Shown: piece after piece, positions 34,122 to 48,500 of the stretch
How the letters are laid out: each line of letters begins with the position of its first letter
Numbering within the stretch: position 1 is the first letter of the stretch
Assembly: GCA_030704615.1 (NCBI GenBank)
Contig: CM060733.1
Coordinates: 63,240,001-63,304,000 of the forward strand
Origin: Takakia lepidozioides
Lineage: Eukaryota > Plantae > Bryophyta
Reading direction: 5' to 3'
DNA length: 64,000 nt
Program-made: the position numbers and the translations under genes
Notes under the pieces: model-generated
What the model was told of the DNA's origin: nothing
Databases searched by the model: none
The model's input: the letters and a program-made list of their open reading frames with translations, nothing else

Positions 34122-34974
34122 TTGCATTATATGTGCCTTCAAAATGACACATGTAGTGATGTAGTCGTATAAATAGAGCTCTGAAACCATCTTCAGTCAT
34201 GGAGTCATAAGATTCCATGAAACGTCGTCCACGTGTAGTCAAACATATCACACTAGTCATATAAACCATCCCTGTCATCATGGTCAACAATGTTTGACCA
34301 ATGCTCCCTAACTTTCCGGAGTCATGTAGTGATATCCATTACTACAAAGTTATAAAACTAAAACTGTAATGCATTTCAGCGCTCTGTAGTCATGTACCTA
34401 GTGCAGTTTTTATGACTCCGCCAAAGCCGTAGTCCTAAAAACGCTTATCTCTTGTAGTGGAAGAAACTGGTTAATAGCCTCACACATTTCCGTTTTGTAA
34501 CTTCTGAATAGTGCCGGATGAGCAATTTGAGGTGATGCATGCAGATCTTAATCCGCTAGAGCTGCATTTACTACTCACGATTTTGAGATTTGAGAAAATT
34601 GAATGATAGCACTTCAGAATTCTTGGAATTTTTAGACAATGGAGTGCTGGTTAAGTTAGGCTGGACTTGCAGCAGATAATATCTGTCAAGCCATAGAATA
34701 ATATGGCTTCAGCCCCGCAGAACGATCCCTCCTCACTAGCCCATAACTTCTTTGGACGGGCGTGCATTGGTAGGACTCTGCCCCCAAAAGCTTTAATTGT
34801 TGGTTAGTTGAATTGTTAGGCTAATAATGCCTCAAAGTACTCTAGCCACAGTGACAACACAGATCACATAGCCTAGAGAGTCGCACTCCTTGCAACTTCC
34901 AAATCTAAGTTCAAATCCGTGATGTTTTGTGATATTTTGTGCGTAGCAACAAGCCTGTCAGACTGTGTTCAAAG

Positions 34975-35690
34975 ATGGCTAATGAGAGGGGAAACTACAA
35001 ATTATCAGCAACCATAGCTGGGAAATATGCACCATTGGTACTCAAGAATCATATGCTTCATGAGCAAACTCCGAAATCACAATTCTCTCATAAACGAGAA
35101 GCAAGGGCGAGTAATATTGATTTGTGGGTGGATGGATCTTTGTATCCACACAACCTTATCAACGGCAAACGTCCACAATTTCAGACAGTGAGCGAGTTTC
35201 TAGAATTTACTGGGGATGGCAAGAACGGCCTACTAGGTTACTCTGAAAATCTTGCCGCAAATCATACAAGAATTGAATTGAATTTGGTTGAGGCTCAGAA
35301 AGAGATATCGTCGTTGCGTGAGCTAGTCAAGAGTTTGCAAGATTCAGCTGAGGAGAGAGAGAGAGACTCTTACAATTCAGCAACACGGAAACGTTTCGTA
35401 GACAAAGAATAGAGGAAGAAAATGGTCAGATTATGTTAGCGAGTGAATCGTTGAAAGCAGAGGTATCAGCTTTGAAAGAGCAATATCACAGCATGAAGGC
35501 ATCTTACGAGGAGTGTTTAGGCCGCCTGAACGCTGATGTACTGAGCTCCGATGAGCGCGATCAAATACAGCTAGAATTTTGGATAGAGCTAGAATCGCTC
35601 AAAGAAGAGCACAAAAAGAAATTGGATTCAATTTGCCAGTGTTTTCATCTCATTGATACCTGCAGCGGACTCGTCGATTACCTTATTTGA
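34975..35690 (+). pseudogene. Coiled-coil-rich ORF remnant of unknown origin, probably TE-derived
   Basis: ORFs 34939..35412 and 35433..35690 have heptad-like E/K/L-rich stretches. It is intronless and disrupted, and I recognise no family. Confidence 0.35.
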
Positions 35691-37121
35691 CAAGCTTGAT
35701 CCCGAGGGCTGACTCCCAAGGCCATGTACAGCTTGAACTTTGATGGGTTGCAACTATGATGGGTTCCAACTGCCTGCACCCTGCTTGCAAGCAGACTTTG
35801 CTTCACTCAACAACCCAGTCATCTAGATGACAGCTCGGATGGCAGAAACTACTTATCATTTTTCCTCTGGGGCTCCGCTTAAGCCCAAAGTTGTGATCAC
35901 GGTATCTCGTTTGACATCTAGATCTAATCTAGCTACTTCGTGACGACGTGGCAGGGAACTAGCTAGAAGGCAGGGCAGCGATCAGGAGGAGCCGACGTGG
36001 CAGGGAGCCAGGAACAAGCCAGGCCGGGCATGAGGACGGGAGCCCGGCCTGCGGCACTAAGTATCCTGAAAGGGTAGCACTGCGCGGGTTTCACTACCGT
36101 ACCGCGGGCCTGCAAAAAAGGAGAAAGGGAGATGGCAGGGCCGGGTAGGTGAGTCACCCCCAGCAAGGCAAGGCTAAAGCTAAGCTAGTGTTACGTGTTA
36201 CGTGTTAGGTCACGTTATCCAGGGTGCCAACTTAGCGGCGCCGGGTGGAGTTACGGCGGTCTGGGGCAGGGGCGGGCAGGGAATGGAGAGACTACCGTTG
36301 GCAGGGCAGGGTTGGGTGGCAGGCAGGCAGGCATGTGTTGGCAAAGCCGCGCGTCTCCTCTTCACACCCACACTACGTCACATTTCTCCCGACTCTCGCG
36401 AGCCTGCTTCCGATTTCCCACCCCCTCCCGGCCCTCGAATAGTCCACGCATCATCCCACGCGCTTTTGAAGTTTCCATGTGCATAGATCAGAGTTGTGAT
36501 ATGGTCGTTTGCGACTATTGGCCTTGATATTGCTGTCGAAACCGCCGAGAGATGGAGGAAGCGGGGAATGCATGAAGGCCCGGAATCTGGGGTTGGACAG
36601 CATAAGTTTGCCGCATGTACGAACCTGCATTATATCGCATTTTCCTGTCTTTCAGTATCTGTTACCGGGCCTTCTGCAACGTTGTAGCATAGGCTAAGTT
36701 CTGCCTCCTTTCTGTGGCCTTGTCATTCGTTTGCAAAGTCGAGCCTCAGCTGTTTGTTAGTGCTTCTGTGCGTGTCGAGGCAAAAGCGGCGTCAATCCTC
36801 GGTATGGGGAATGGCGACTGCATTCGGAGTATTGATGTCTGTTCGAGAGCAAGCTTGTGAAAAGCAGCGCTTTAATGAGACCTATCGACTTGTATTTCTT
36901 CCTTCTTTTCGTTACAAGGAATACGGGCAGAACTCGATTGAAACTGGGAACTCAGTAAGAACCATCATTTTCGTTGGGTGCAGTGTCAAGACTGAGGGAA
37001 GCTGGCCGGCCTATCTTGACTTCTGAATGATATTGACCTTATGCTGATCTGAGCGCTTGAGGTATCCTCCGTAAGAACCGCGTACGCGCAGAAAGAGAGG
37101 CTTGAGGGAACGGCGAGAAGG

Positions 37122-40104
37122 ATGGCAGGGCTTTCAGGTCTATGCCCACAACGAAGGGTATTCAAGGGAGTAGATCCCCAAGCGAAAAAGTTGCTTGGAG
37201 AGCTGTCTAAAGATATGGTGAGCTTGCAGTCTTTGGAATCATTCAAGGGAGAGCCAGAGGTAAGGCAGGGCTGGTGGTCATCTCAAGGTCTTCTTCGAAT
37301 GGTGATCATGGTGCTTGGAAGCCTACTGGTATTAAGCACCCTCTCCGTTTATGGATCGGGAATACTTCTCATAAGAGCTAATGACTTGGGACGCCAGTGC
37401 ATTCATGTCAGGAAGAGTCCGCAACATAGTCCAAGACATTTCAAATTCGCTATGGTGACATGTTCGGATGGATCGAAGACTATTCCTCAGCGATCGTTCG
37501 AGGGGTTGATGGAGCTGGTCACTCCAAATAAGAAGAGCTACGTGGAGAGGCATGGCTATGAGTTCATCGATGCGAGCGATGTGTTGGATAAAGATCGCCC
37601 CCCTAGTTGGAGCAAGATTTTGGCCGTTAACAAACATCTGCCTGATTATGATTGGGTGTTTTGGAATGATGCGGTATATGCCCTGCTTTTCTATGGAATT
37701 GTTTGCGCTTGTTTGTGCACTGGGTTACTCAAGAGGATGTCGTGGTACTTTGAGAGCCAAAAGTCTCTCAGCTGGCAGGTCCTCATTCGGTCAGATGTGC
37801 AAGCCTTAAAAGAAGGCTGTATTTTTCATTTGAGTTTTGTCTTCCTTTCCAGCACTGTGCTATTGGCATCCAGTGTGTACCGAATGGTCTACACATGAAA
37901 CCGGGTGCTAAATAACAAAAGAAATTTGTGCACACGGAATGCCTCATTCTACTTGCCTAAGTGAAAGGAAGTCTGGAGACCCTCGCTATTCTTCTTCTTT
38001 TTGCTTGTTTGATTTCTTCAGGTAGCCAGAGATGAAGGTGTTAACGACAGGAGGGCAGTGGGGATTAGTGATACTCACAGGGCGTAGTTCCTGCAGGTAC
38101 AAGGTGTTTCAAATGGTTAGCAAATTAGGTGGGCAGGATGTAGGCACAGCATCTCAAATGATGTGCTATTGTTCTGAGTTTGTTTTTGTGAAACTGCTTC
38201 TTTGTGCAGGACTCTGTTGTAACAAATCCTGCAATTGCTCTGGTAAGTCAACTGCTAAAATTTTGGTTTTCCTCCCCTCTCATCACTCAGCAGAGACTTT
38301 CTTCCCTGGAAATTGGGTTGGCACGATCCCATCCCTCCATCCCTTCCCTTCCCACGGGTTGGGGCAGTCCTCGTGCTGCCTTCCAAATCCTTCAGGCAGA
38401 CTTTTTCACTCTTGTCCAGTAGAGTGTATCCCTTCCACATGATGAACCAGTACAGGTGTCGGCAACGCAGTTTGCTTGTCGTACATTGTCATTTTTAGGT
38501 TGTGTGCATAACTGTCAGAGTGAACTCAGGGCTTTGTTCGAACTGGGAATTAATTGTGTTATTTTTACTTTCAGCCATTAGAGTGGTTCACTCTTCAAGA
38601 ATCATCATTGTCCAGAGCTTGGTCTATATGACTTTGCAGTTTCTCCCAGCGAGTCGGAAATTATTGTTGTGCCAGGACTGACTTTGGTAGCGAAGTCTTA
38701 TTTTCTGGCTGTTGATTCTTTTCTTGTCCCCTGGGATTGCTGGCAGATGCAGAGTGTCAGAAGTGCTTGTCTAGACCAGCTTTACAGTTTTTGAGTTGCA
38801 ATTAAGGAAATGAACAGAACTTCATGTACTCACCAGTTTGGGCAATGAAAAGCTGGCTGTGTCTCCTGCCCTTACTGAACTGAGAGTCTCCAGCTTATGT
38901 ATTTTCCTTTCAATTGTGCAGGAGGACATTATTTACTCAGTCGTAGGGGACGTGGATTTCAATGAGATGCCAGACTTCATCATCACTGAGGATGTCACAG
39001 GTGTAAACGCAGGTATGTTCCTTCTCATCCCTGCCCTAACTCTTTGCTCGTGCCCCTGGGTTTTAAGAGGTATGGCTTTCTGGTTGGGTGCCAGGCTCTT
39101 GAAATCCAGAGTGTCTATTTTTGCAGCATGGTGGGGGCATTTGTTCAGGGGGCTGACTTCAGGTGTTGATGCAACGCAGTTGATTAGTAGAAATCTCAGC
39201 AGTCCTGGTGAAATGACCCTATGTCCATGTTTGTTTGAATTCTGTCCACTGAGTGCAAACGGTTAGGTCATGATGTTACATCCTGTCTTTTCCAATGCTG
39301 CAGCACAGCTTGAAATGACATTGGGTGGAAGTTAGCACCTATCCATGGTGGGGCTTGGTAATTATGTGTGGTTGTTGCTGTCATGACAGGAATGTTCTTC
39401 TTTCGTAATTCAGAATGGAGCAGACATTTTCTAGACCTATGGTGGAATCAAACCGACTTTGTAAAGCCATTTGGTGAATGCAAGAGTGGGGATAATGGTG
39501 CTCTCAAACACCTCATTCAAAGCATGCCTCAGCATGAACTAAAGCTGCATGTCCGAATTCCGAGAATGCAGTGTCTCTTCAACTCCAACCTGTGGAGACC
39601 CTCTTGGAGGAGCAGTCATCGCTTGGTCACATTGACTAAATCCGTTTGGCAAGGTTTGTTACTTAATGAATTCCACTTGAGTGCTTTATTATGTTGCAGT
39701 AGCAGAAGTACCAGAAGGTGACTATGTTGATTGTCAGTGTCATCCTGATCGTTATGGTGTTGTGTCCAAGAAAATCACATAGATACGAAATGCAGTTGAG
39801 AAATGCAGACTTTTGCTTTCTATTGGTGAGTTGACTAAGGTTTGTTTGCTCCTGTTATTATGGCTATTCATGCCTTGTTGCTAAGGTTTGTCTACTGATG
39901 TTGCTTCCCCCACTTCTCTGAATGACAGGTGTATATGCCAAGGGAGATTTTATGGTGCACTTGGCAGGTTTGAACGACAAGAAGAAGTGGATCAAGAGAG
40001 TCATACGGGATATAGCTGAAGAAAATGATGCTGACCGCGACAGAGGAGAAGGCAGAACATTGATTACATCAAGAAAAGAAGGTCTTCCACCTTGGCAACA
40101 GTGA
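37122..40104 (+). CDS. Glycosyltransferase family 34 (GMA12/MNN10 galactosyl/mannosyltransferase-like), type II membrane protein
   Basis: Five exons with GT-AG borders that keep frame: 37122-37673, 38210-38242, 38922-39012, 39390-39653, 39929-40104. N-terminal TM helix; NK..Y..RHGY, RPPSWSKI, YDWVFWNDAD (DxD), GVNAGMFF.RNSEWS..FL..WW, GDFMVHLAG. Confidence 0.95.
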
Positions 40105-41267
40105 GCGGGAGTGGTTCTGATATTACAAAGAGCTCTTCAATTTTGGCAATGACTGCAGAGAGGAATCAGATGCATTTCACTGTTGCGCTCGTTTGCAGAT
40201 GCCACTTGTTACTTTTGTCTTCTTAGGCACCTCAGTAGAGCCTTGAGCAGAGGCTACACCATTGGTCTATAGACCTCGAGCTTCCTGCATTGTCAAGTTA
40301 CAGAGTCTCCTTTGAGGAAGGCCAGATGATGGAAGTTCTTCATTCGTTATTTCAAGTTATTTTCGAACAATCATAACTGCAAATTTTTTCCACACCTTGT
40401 ATCAATTGCGTTACATGCGGCCTCTCATTTCGGCCTGAGATATGAACCTTTGTTCGGCGTGGTGGAGCCCAATGTTTCCCTCCATGAAGGCTACGTCCAA
40501 CACAGGTGAGCAATGACAGCCCCTGGCCCCATGTCAATGCCAGAGTCTATGATGTAAAGCTTAGAATGCAGACCAACAGTGGGTTAACACTGCAGATATA
40601 TTTTGCAGTGACACGGTGCAGGGAGCGTTAGCATGTCATTACATGTTCTTGATGTAGTAGTGACAGTTAGTCTTCTAAGACAGGTAAATTACCTGTGTAC
40701 CCCTCCCCACAACCTACTATCCCTGTGGCGCTTTGCCATCCTCTCTTCCTTGCGTTTGTTTCTCGTTTCTCCTGCTCGGCTGTGGGGCCCTGGCTAAGTT
40801 GGAGAGCGGACCAATTGAATATGGCTGTGCAGGGACTTTGCAAAATCTAGGTGTGAGACGTGGAGAATTGCATTGCACCTGCTAGCTGCGGTGCGCTGTG
40901 CTGATTTGGTGTCTGGAATATGGTCCGCCTTGTTGAAAGTGAGTAGTTTGTGAAGGTGTGTCATTTACTATTCTTTGCCATGAAAGCCCCTTTGGCTTCC
41001 ATTCAAGCCAGCGGGCTGGTTACAACCCTACTGTTAAATGAGAAATGGAGTATTGAAAGTGCATTATATAATAAACTAACAGACAACTTTGCATCTTCTC
41101 TTTGTCTTCTTCCTTCTGCATATCCTACCAATTCTGGATGAAAGAGGAGAAATCTGGTAGTTTTGGTATTGTAATGAGAAGAATTATGGTCAAACATAGC
41201 TCTGTCTTGTGACAGTTAGCTTTTGAATAGCTACTCACTGTGTTCGGATTTGAAGACACACATCACT

Positions 41268-41500
41268 GGGTAGAGCTTTTCAATAATGTCATTGCATTCT
41301 TAGTGCATGAAAAAATTTATTGCTTGTGATGTTGTATGTTTTGACATGCATAAGAATTTAGATTACAACAGCCTTGGTGTATAACTGTAGTTTTGGGTAG
41401 AGGTTTTCAATAAATGCCATTGGATTCTTAGTTCATGAGAAAATTTCTTGCTTGTGATGTTGTATGTTTTGACATGCATAAGAACCAGCCTTGGTATATA
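41268..41500. repeat. Local tandem duplication (~127-bp period)
   Basis: gggtagag..ttcaata...ttgcttgtgatgttgtatgttttgacatgcataagaa occurs twice (41268 and 41395). Confidence 0.85.
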
Positions 41501-42441
41501 ACTGGAGTATTATAGATAATAATATAGTGTAGATTTCTTGTTGAGTGCTAGCTTTCCTTGGTATTTGGTAATAAATGAACTACACTAACCCTGTGACCTT
41601 ATGCAAATTGGTAGATATTTGGGGCGTGAATCTAGGTCAGGATTTGGCAGGGTAGGTTGACGTCTACTTTCACACCCAGAATTTCTTAATCCATTTGTCA
41701 GTATGCGATTGTTAATGCTAACACACATCAGAGGCCCTAAGCGGCCTGGTTGGCAATGAAGGGTGAAACTGACTGACATCTAGATTTCAGCTCTGCACTT
41801 GGGCAACTGTTACTTCTCAGGGCTTTCTGCTAGACACTGGCTCTTTGAGTTCTGAACAGCTGAAGAAAGTGGTGTGATGGAGTCTTGTTAGGGTTACAGT
41901 CATCTGAACAGTTGAAGAAAGTGGTGTATGGGAGTCTTGTTAGGGTCATCGTAGTAGGGTGGTGATAACCATAGAAAAAATGGTCTTCCAGGATAACTGA
42001 TCCTTAAACACAGGTTTCTTTGATGTGGTGACAGCTCTTATTAACAAGCCATTTATTGCATGAGGCGTTGTCTACCCCTGTACTATTGTCATGGCATGGA
42101 GCATGTCGGTGTGTATTCTGCTCCTAGATGATCATGAAAGAGAACCAAACCTATAAGGCTTCTAGAAGTCTGATCAACTGAAATATTAATAATGAAACAG
42201 AGCCTTGCTCGTCTTCATGTATGATGATGACACTTTAAAAGTTTACAGGCTGATAGAGTATGATTTACTACATTTTACACAGGTTATCCTAAGGAGGTGA
42301 CACTTCGCACAATAAATGCTGTTATCCCCATTGACACCATATTTCGCAAGCCTCTTTGAGGTGACTTTAGAAGTGTCACCACCTTCTCCTTTCATTTGAT
42401 CATATTCCATCATTTCTATCCACTTCCAACCAATGAGACTC

Positions 42442-42509
42442 TTTGGAGGGAAACTTGGCATTAAACAGCCGGTCTTCTATGGCTGTTTAATGCCAAGTTT
42501 CCCTCCAAA
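42442..42509. repeat. Perfect 29-bp inverted repeat with a 10-nt loop
   Basis: TTTGGAGGGAAACTTGGCATTAAACAGCC-ggtcttctat-GGCTGTTTAATGCCAAGTTTCCCTCCAAA. Confidence 0.95.
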
Positions 42510-42597
42510 CACTATCATATTTTTTGCCTAAAAAAAGGGTTGGTTGATAGTGGATTGACTTAGAGAGTGGGATTCCAATAAATGTGGTGCAGACTTA

Positions 42598-45500
42598 CTC
42601 ACAGTGAAAATCATCGTCAAGGTCCATATCCTCCGGATCCAAAGGCTCTGCAATGATAGCGTTTTCTGTCTATGTGCCAGAAGAGGAGCCCTCATGGAGA
42701 GGAGCTATCACGTGAGCATACAAGTCAGCATCACTCAAAGGCAAACTGCCTTGCACACATGGAAGGAAGCTCCTGCACATACATGCGAAGAATGAACAAA
42801 AGGCCATGGGTGTAGCTGCAAATCAAAACCATTGAATGGAAATTGCAGGATTTCCATTGCCAGTTGTATGTACCTGTGCCCAGAGTGAGGTCAACAACCC
42901 TAGACCCATGACCGCTGCAAGACTTGATGACGGTCTGCATGAAGGCCGGACTCTTCTCCCGTGCGCCTCTCCATGGCACACCAGATGCCCGCTTCAACGG
43001 AAGGTTGGAGTCTACATAGTTGTAGATGAAGTCATCACCTACCAGATCGCAAGTCAAATCAATATGGCCCCCCCCCATTTGAATCCTGGAACTCAGCAAC
43101 GGATGCGGGTGTGGAAGGGGGGCGGAGTCTCACAAGACAATGTGCATCAAAAGCACAGACCTCTGCAATCACAACACAAACAAGACTGACATGAGTGCAC
43201 AGAGGATATGCTGGACAATCCGAACTTGAAACCACTTCAAAGATGAGGAAATTTCAAAGTGGATCTGTTATGAGGAATCCATGTAATGGGTTCCAGGCAA
43301 GCAGGAACTTGAAACTCCAAACAACATGCAGGAATAGAGGCAGCAGCCACATTCCAGAGTGCAAAACATCCTTGCGTTACCGCAAGCATGGCACAGACTA
43401 ACAGAGGAGTGAATGGAAAGGGCACCTACATTCCCACAACCCACATCCTTGCATTAATGCAAGCATGGGATCAACAGCAAAAAGGAATCCAAATAACACC
43501 CTCATTCTGGAAGCAGATTGTACTGGTTGGCTTGGAAAATCTCCCTTCGTCAGGGGCAGGCTGTTCACCCCATTCCACGTCTTTATTATCTTCATGCCAC
43601 CCGCATTGAGGAAACTGGCAAGTTGTTGGCGGCACTTAGCATTGGCTGGTTGGAGGATAAGCAACGCGCCATCGTCAGCCAAGAAGTGCCCACAGAACTT
43701 GAAGACCCAGGGCCAGTATCGGTCCTCCCATGCATTCCAGGTGGGGGTCTGTCCCAAAGGAGGGACATCCGGAACAAGCAGGCCGTCCGGTATGTCCAGA
43801 ATGATGAGCTCGCATGCAAAGGCTTTCCTCTCTCCCTTAACGTACGATGCACCTCTGGAAGCCTTCACAAACAACAAAGAAGACCCCCCCCATTACGACA
43901 TTACAATGAATGGAAATGAAATTGGGGAATGAAGTGGAGGGTTAGATTTACCAGAGTGAGGAAGGAGGAGAGTGTCTCCCAGGTAGGGGACTTCTTGACG
44001 TTCGATGCTCCCTTCTTGCGAGACGCCATCATTCGTTGACAGTCTCGTGTTGGTAGTGGGCTCCCACCACTTTGCTGGGGTGAGGACGAGCCTCATATGG
44101 ACAATCCGAGACCTTGTGCCCCTTGGGCCCCTTCTGCCCTTTGCCTTTGGTAGCAGCTGCAGAATTCACAGGATCTGGTAGGGGGGGATTTTGGATGTTG
44201 GCCTTGTTTTTTTTCTTTTTCCGCTCTTTCTTTTTGGGGGTCTCACTCTTCTTTGGTTGTTTGGCTTTCAAAGCCTCCAAATCTCTCTGCTGCATCTGAG
44301 CATCTGTAAGAGGAGCCAGAGCCCCCGCATTGTCATTCAGGTTCCTCAATGTGTTTTCCTCCCATGGCGTGGCATTTCGTGGGCAGTCCAAATACCACCC
44401 ACAGTCTTTGAAATGGGATCTACTCCAATCTTCAAGAATACCTGCTGCGTGGTCTTGTCTGCTCTTGGGTTTGCCCAGGTGTCAACGAAGTGAGGATACA
44501 AACTGAGGAAATTCCTAGGTACCAGCAGTGAATATATGTACCTGCCAAAAAGGAGGCATCAGTAATTAGAAAATGAGCCAAAGATAGGGAACAAACCAAA
44601 AAACATTTGAAGGATCTGCACTTGAAGGATATGCAGTCACAAAGGAGTGACAAAGATGATGCTTGCGTCAACGCAAACATCACCACTTCCAGAAAAGTGT
44701 TGAGCCTGGATCCAACTGACAGACTGGAACCTTGTGGATGCAGACTCTGAAAACTAAGCTTCTTCGAGAGGCAGAGGGGATGCTTGCGTCAACTTGACGC
44801 AAGCATCCTTCCTCCAATCACAGAAGGTCGCTACCCCGACCACCCCCCTCCAGGATAAAATACAACGGCTTTTTCAATCCTAAATAGTACACTGTGGTGT
44901 GGTCCTTGTGATGATGCTTGCGTCACCGCAACTTAAAAGTAGTAACACAAAGCACATGCACAAAATAAACTCAATTGTGAAGTATGTTGAACATGCTTGC
45001 ATCAACGCAAGCATGTTTAGGAACAGTTAAGCGGAAGGAATTGTAAACCAACCTGTACAAGACTCTCTTCATCGCCTGCTCCCCATCTTGCTGCGCATTG
45101 AACATGTTCGAGCGCAAAATTCCCCCTTCGACAGCAAACTCCCTGTAGAATGCGTTCTGCCAAACGATCCCTTTCCATCTCCAAACAAAAGCCTCGAATG
45201 ACTGGTCGGGCTTCGCCACCGCAATGTTGTAGTCAGACAGAGAACTCTCCAAAACAGCTAAAGCCCTCTCCTCCAACTGAGAAAACAGAAGCCACTGTAA
45301 GGTGAAATGCAACAATTTCTCCAGGGGAGGCTGTGAAGCCTGATTCCGGCGCTATGGACTTGTTCCTCTTCCTCTACCAGACTTAGTTCAAACAGGGGGA
45401 TGTAGTCTTCGATAGATGGGCCGGGCAGAGAAGACGGAATCTCACAAAGAGGACACAACAGAGTCAGACATCCACAACGCATTCATCAGCACACTCAAGC

Positions 45501-48500
45501 ACACCGTTACACCAAGTGCATATTCACGTACTAGAGAACGCGCCCCCTAGGGCGCATTATGGCTCCTAGTGAGTCACTAGGGCGAGTCCAGGAGGGCAAG
45601 ATCAAGGGCGAACTAGGAGCCATAATGCGCCCTAGGGGGCGCGTTCCTGGCGTATAAAGGACTTTTGGGAGCAGATTCTGCGAGGCCCTGATTGGCTGCA
45701 GGCCATAATGAGGCAATTAAAGTCAAACTGCTGATTAGGAGAGTCAAACAGCCGATTAGGAATGCAGAAAAGCCCGGCGTCGTGGAACGTTGATCTTCTA
45801 CATCCTAATTTGCCTCAAAAACGGCAAAATCTGCCCCCAAAATCCTTTACATAAGATGAAAGCCACCGCCATGGGCAGCTTAAATTATATTAGGTCGTAA
45901 TCTAATCATAGTGCCGCATGGCAGTTACATATAGGTCAGCCAGATGTCCTTCCAGCACAGCCATAGAAAGAAGCCAAATCACCCAGACCCGTCCTAATCT
46001 AATCCTAAACTAGCTGTTAGAATAAGACAGCATGTAATAAACCATAAGCTGTTGCCAGCTCATCCCCATGCGCAAAGCGCTAGTTCATCCAGACTTCATC
46101 CTGGTTCCATCCATCCTTAAATCATCCAGAGCGCATCCTCCTTCCATCCATCCAAGTCGAGAAAGCAGGTGAGGAGGAATCCCAGCTTCGCAAGGCTACT
46201 TCCAAATATTCCGATACTGCGTGCAAAAAAATATAGGGTACAATATATTCTTGGCAGATAATTTATAAAACAATTACAAATAAATATGCGTACCAATAAA
46301 TCGTAGATTCAAAATTTAAATCAATATAAGGTGTGAAATATAGAAGTTTTTTATTTATTTATTACAACTACCAATAGAGTCCTGATAAATACCTGGGACA
46401 CGTGTCGTCTAGTTGCCAGTTTATGGGGGGGGGCTAGACTAGTCATGTGTACAAATTTGTAAGTTCTAGGATGAAAACTGCAAACAAGGGCGGATGTTCA
46501 TCTAGTTTCTCCATGTAAGTAGGGTTGCGTGAAGAAACGAGAGAGGGTAGCATGTCGTGTGGTGTTGATGCTCTCAGTCTGACACTGAACATTTTGCTAA
46601 GCAGATAGCGTTCTCTGGTATCGTGCTTGCACGACATACTTAGGTTTTTCTGATCATTGTGGCAACACAAAATGCGTTAGGAACCTGCAATGGAGGGGGG
46701 GAGTCAATTTGACAGCATAGGCGGCTGCTTATTTTTTACTTTATTTCTAATATAGCGTGCCTAAAATTTGATAACAGCAGCAAATTATAATTAATATAGC
46801 CTGCCAAAAAATATAGCATTTTTACAAATTTATGTAAATATAGGGTGGCCCATAAAGACCAAAATTAAAATAATACCCCCCTATAAAATACCCTTTTTCC
46901 CACGCGATACATAAAAAATATAGGGAGTGACCTCCCCGAGCAATTTTTAGAATGGAACAATGTGAGAACATAGGGTTTAGGGACGGGTGACGAACCTGGC
47001 TCCAGAATGTGGCTTTGTGCAGCCATGCTTCAAAAACTTGATCACTGAAAGGTCTGATCAGAGGGAAACATGTTAGTGTCACGGACAATGGGGTCAGAGT
47101 TCCAGATCCCTAGCCATCGCACCTTCTGCTGTGGTTCCACCATTGCCATGGCAAGTCTGTGTAGCTTCTCCTGGGACATTTCAGGTTTGTCGTGTTTCTT
47201 CCACTGGACTCCAGAAATCCTACACCCATAGAAGGATCAGCGATTCAAAGCTGCTTGGTGAATCCATTGACAACTTGTTTGCAGTATGCGTCCATCTCCC
47301 CCTTGATGGCTAGCTCCATTCCCCTTGCAGTTTGTTCCGCCACTGTGGTGTTGCCGTAGTACTCTGCCTTCCCCCACTCCCGAGCCTCAGCAATCCTCTT
47401 GCTGCAAAACCAAAACACTTATGTATCAGGAGCACAAAGCAAACTCACAAGCATGTTCCAGGCTAGTGATGATGCTTGCGTCAACGCAAGCATCATCTCA
47501 GGCACCATAGCATAGCAATTTGGAGGAATTGAGATGACTCACCGTGCATACATATACTCCAGGAACGCGTCCCTTGTGAGTGTGTACCATATGTCGGCCT
47601 TCTTTGAGCTCTCGCACCTCTCGAACGCCTCCAACGATAGAACATTCTTAAAACTTGACAGGGGCATCTTCCCCAGCTTCTGCATCCGTAACAGCGGATG
47701 CACCATATTCGTCGTCACATGTGATGTCTCTGTTGCCTTGCAAATAGACACCCCACTGTAATGGAACAAGAGGAGAAGGTGCAATGAAATAGAATAAAAG
47801 AGATTGGAACTTCAGCAAGTGAAAAATAGATTCAATGTTCCCTCACTTGTTTATGTCATGCACAGCTGTCAACAGCTAGGTAATGTTTCCCTTTGGATCC
47901 AGAACGCAAGCTGCAACCGAGTAGTGCCAGTCCCTTTCGTCCTAATGCATAGTTTCTATGTAATCCAGCCATGCCAGGAGTCTATGATTTCCGTCCCAGA
48001 CAAAAAACATCTTGTCTTTCAACACCTGCAGCTCCGGGCTCCTTGACAGTTGCTCCTCGAAAGACAAATTCACTTTTCTCCAACAATCGTCCCACCAATC
48101 CGTTATCTTTTCGTCTACCACCCTCTCATTTCCGTTAGTGTCTCCCAAAGAAACATAGAAAACCTGGGTGCCAAAGCAGTATCCGTGAACGAAATCCCCC
48201 TGCAGTTTTCTGATGTCTCCTGTGAGTGCAGGACGAACTGTTGAAATGGATATCATTATGCAGAGGGGGATCATGAGGTTCCCTTACATGACCATCATAG
48301 ACCGTATGACCTGGGCGGAATTCACTTTTGCCGAAGACATGATATTTTTCACTCGGAGCTCGTAATCCAGATTGTAGTCCTCCTCTGCCTGGTTCGATGG
48401 AACTACTTCAGGTTCCTTCCCCTTCCTTCGCTTTTTCTGCATACAAAGACAACACAGAAAAGATCCTTGCGTTAACGCAAGCATGGGACAGGCCCTCCTA

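Larger units (their letters stand above)
27657..34459 (+). mobile_element. CACTA/En-Spm element (right part; left terminus not seen in the window)
   Basis: TnpD-like gene, terminal ...CTCTTGTAGTG at 34449-34459 (reverse complement CACTACAAGAG), and subterminal GTAGTCA/TGACT repeats at 34150-34440. Confidence 0.85.
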
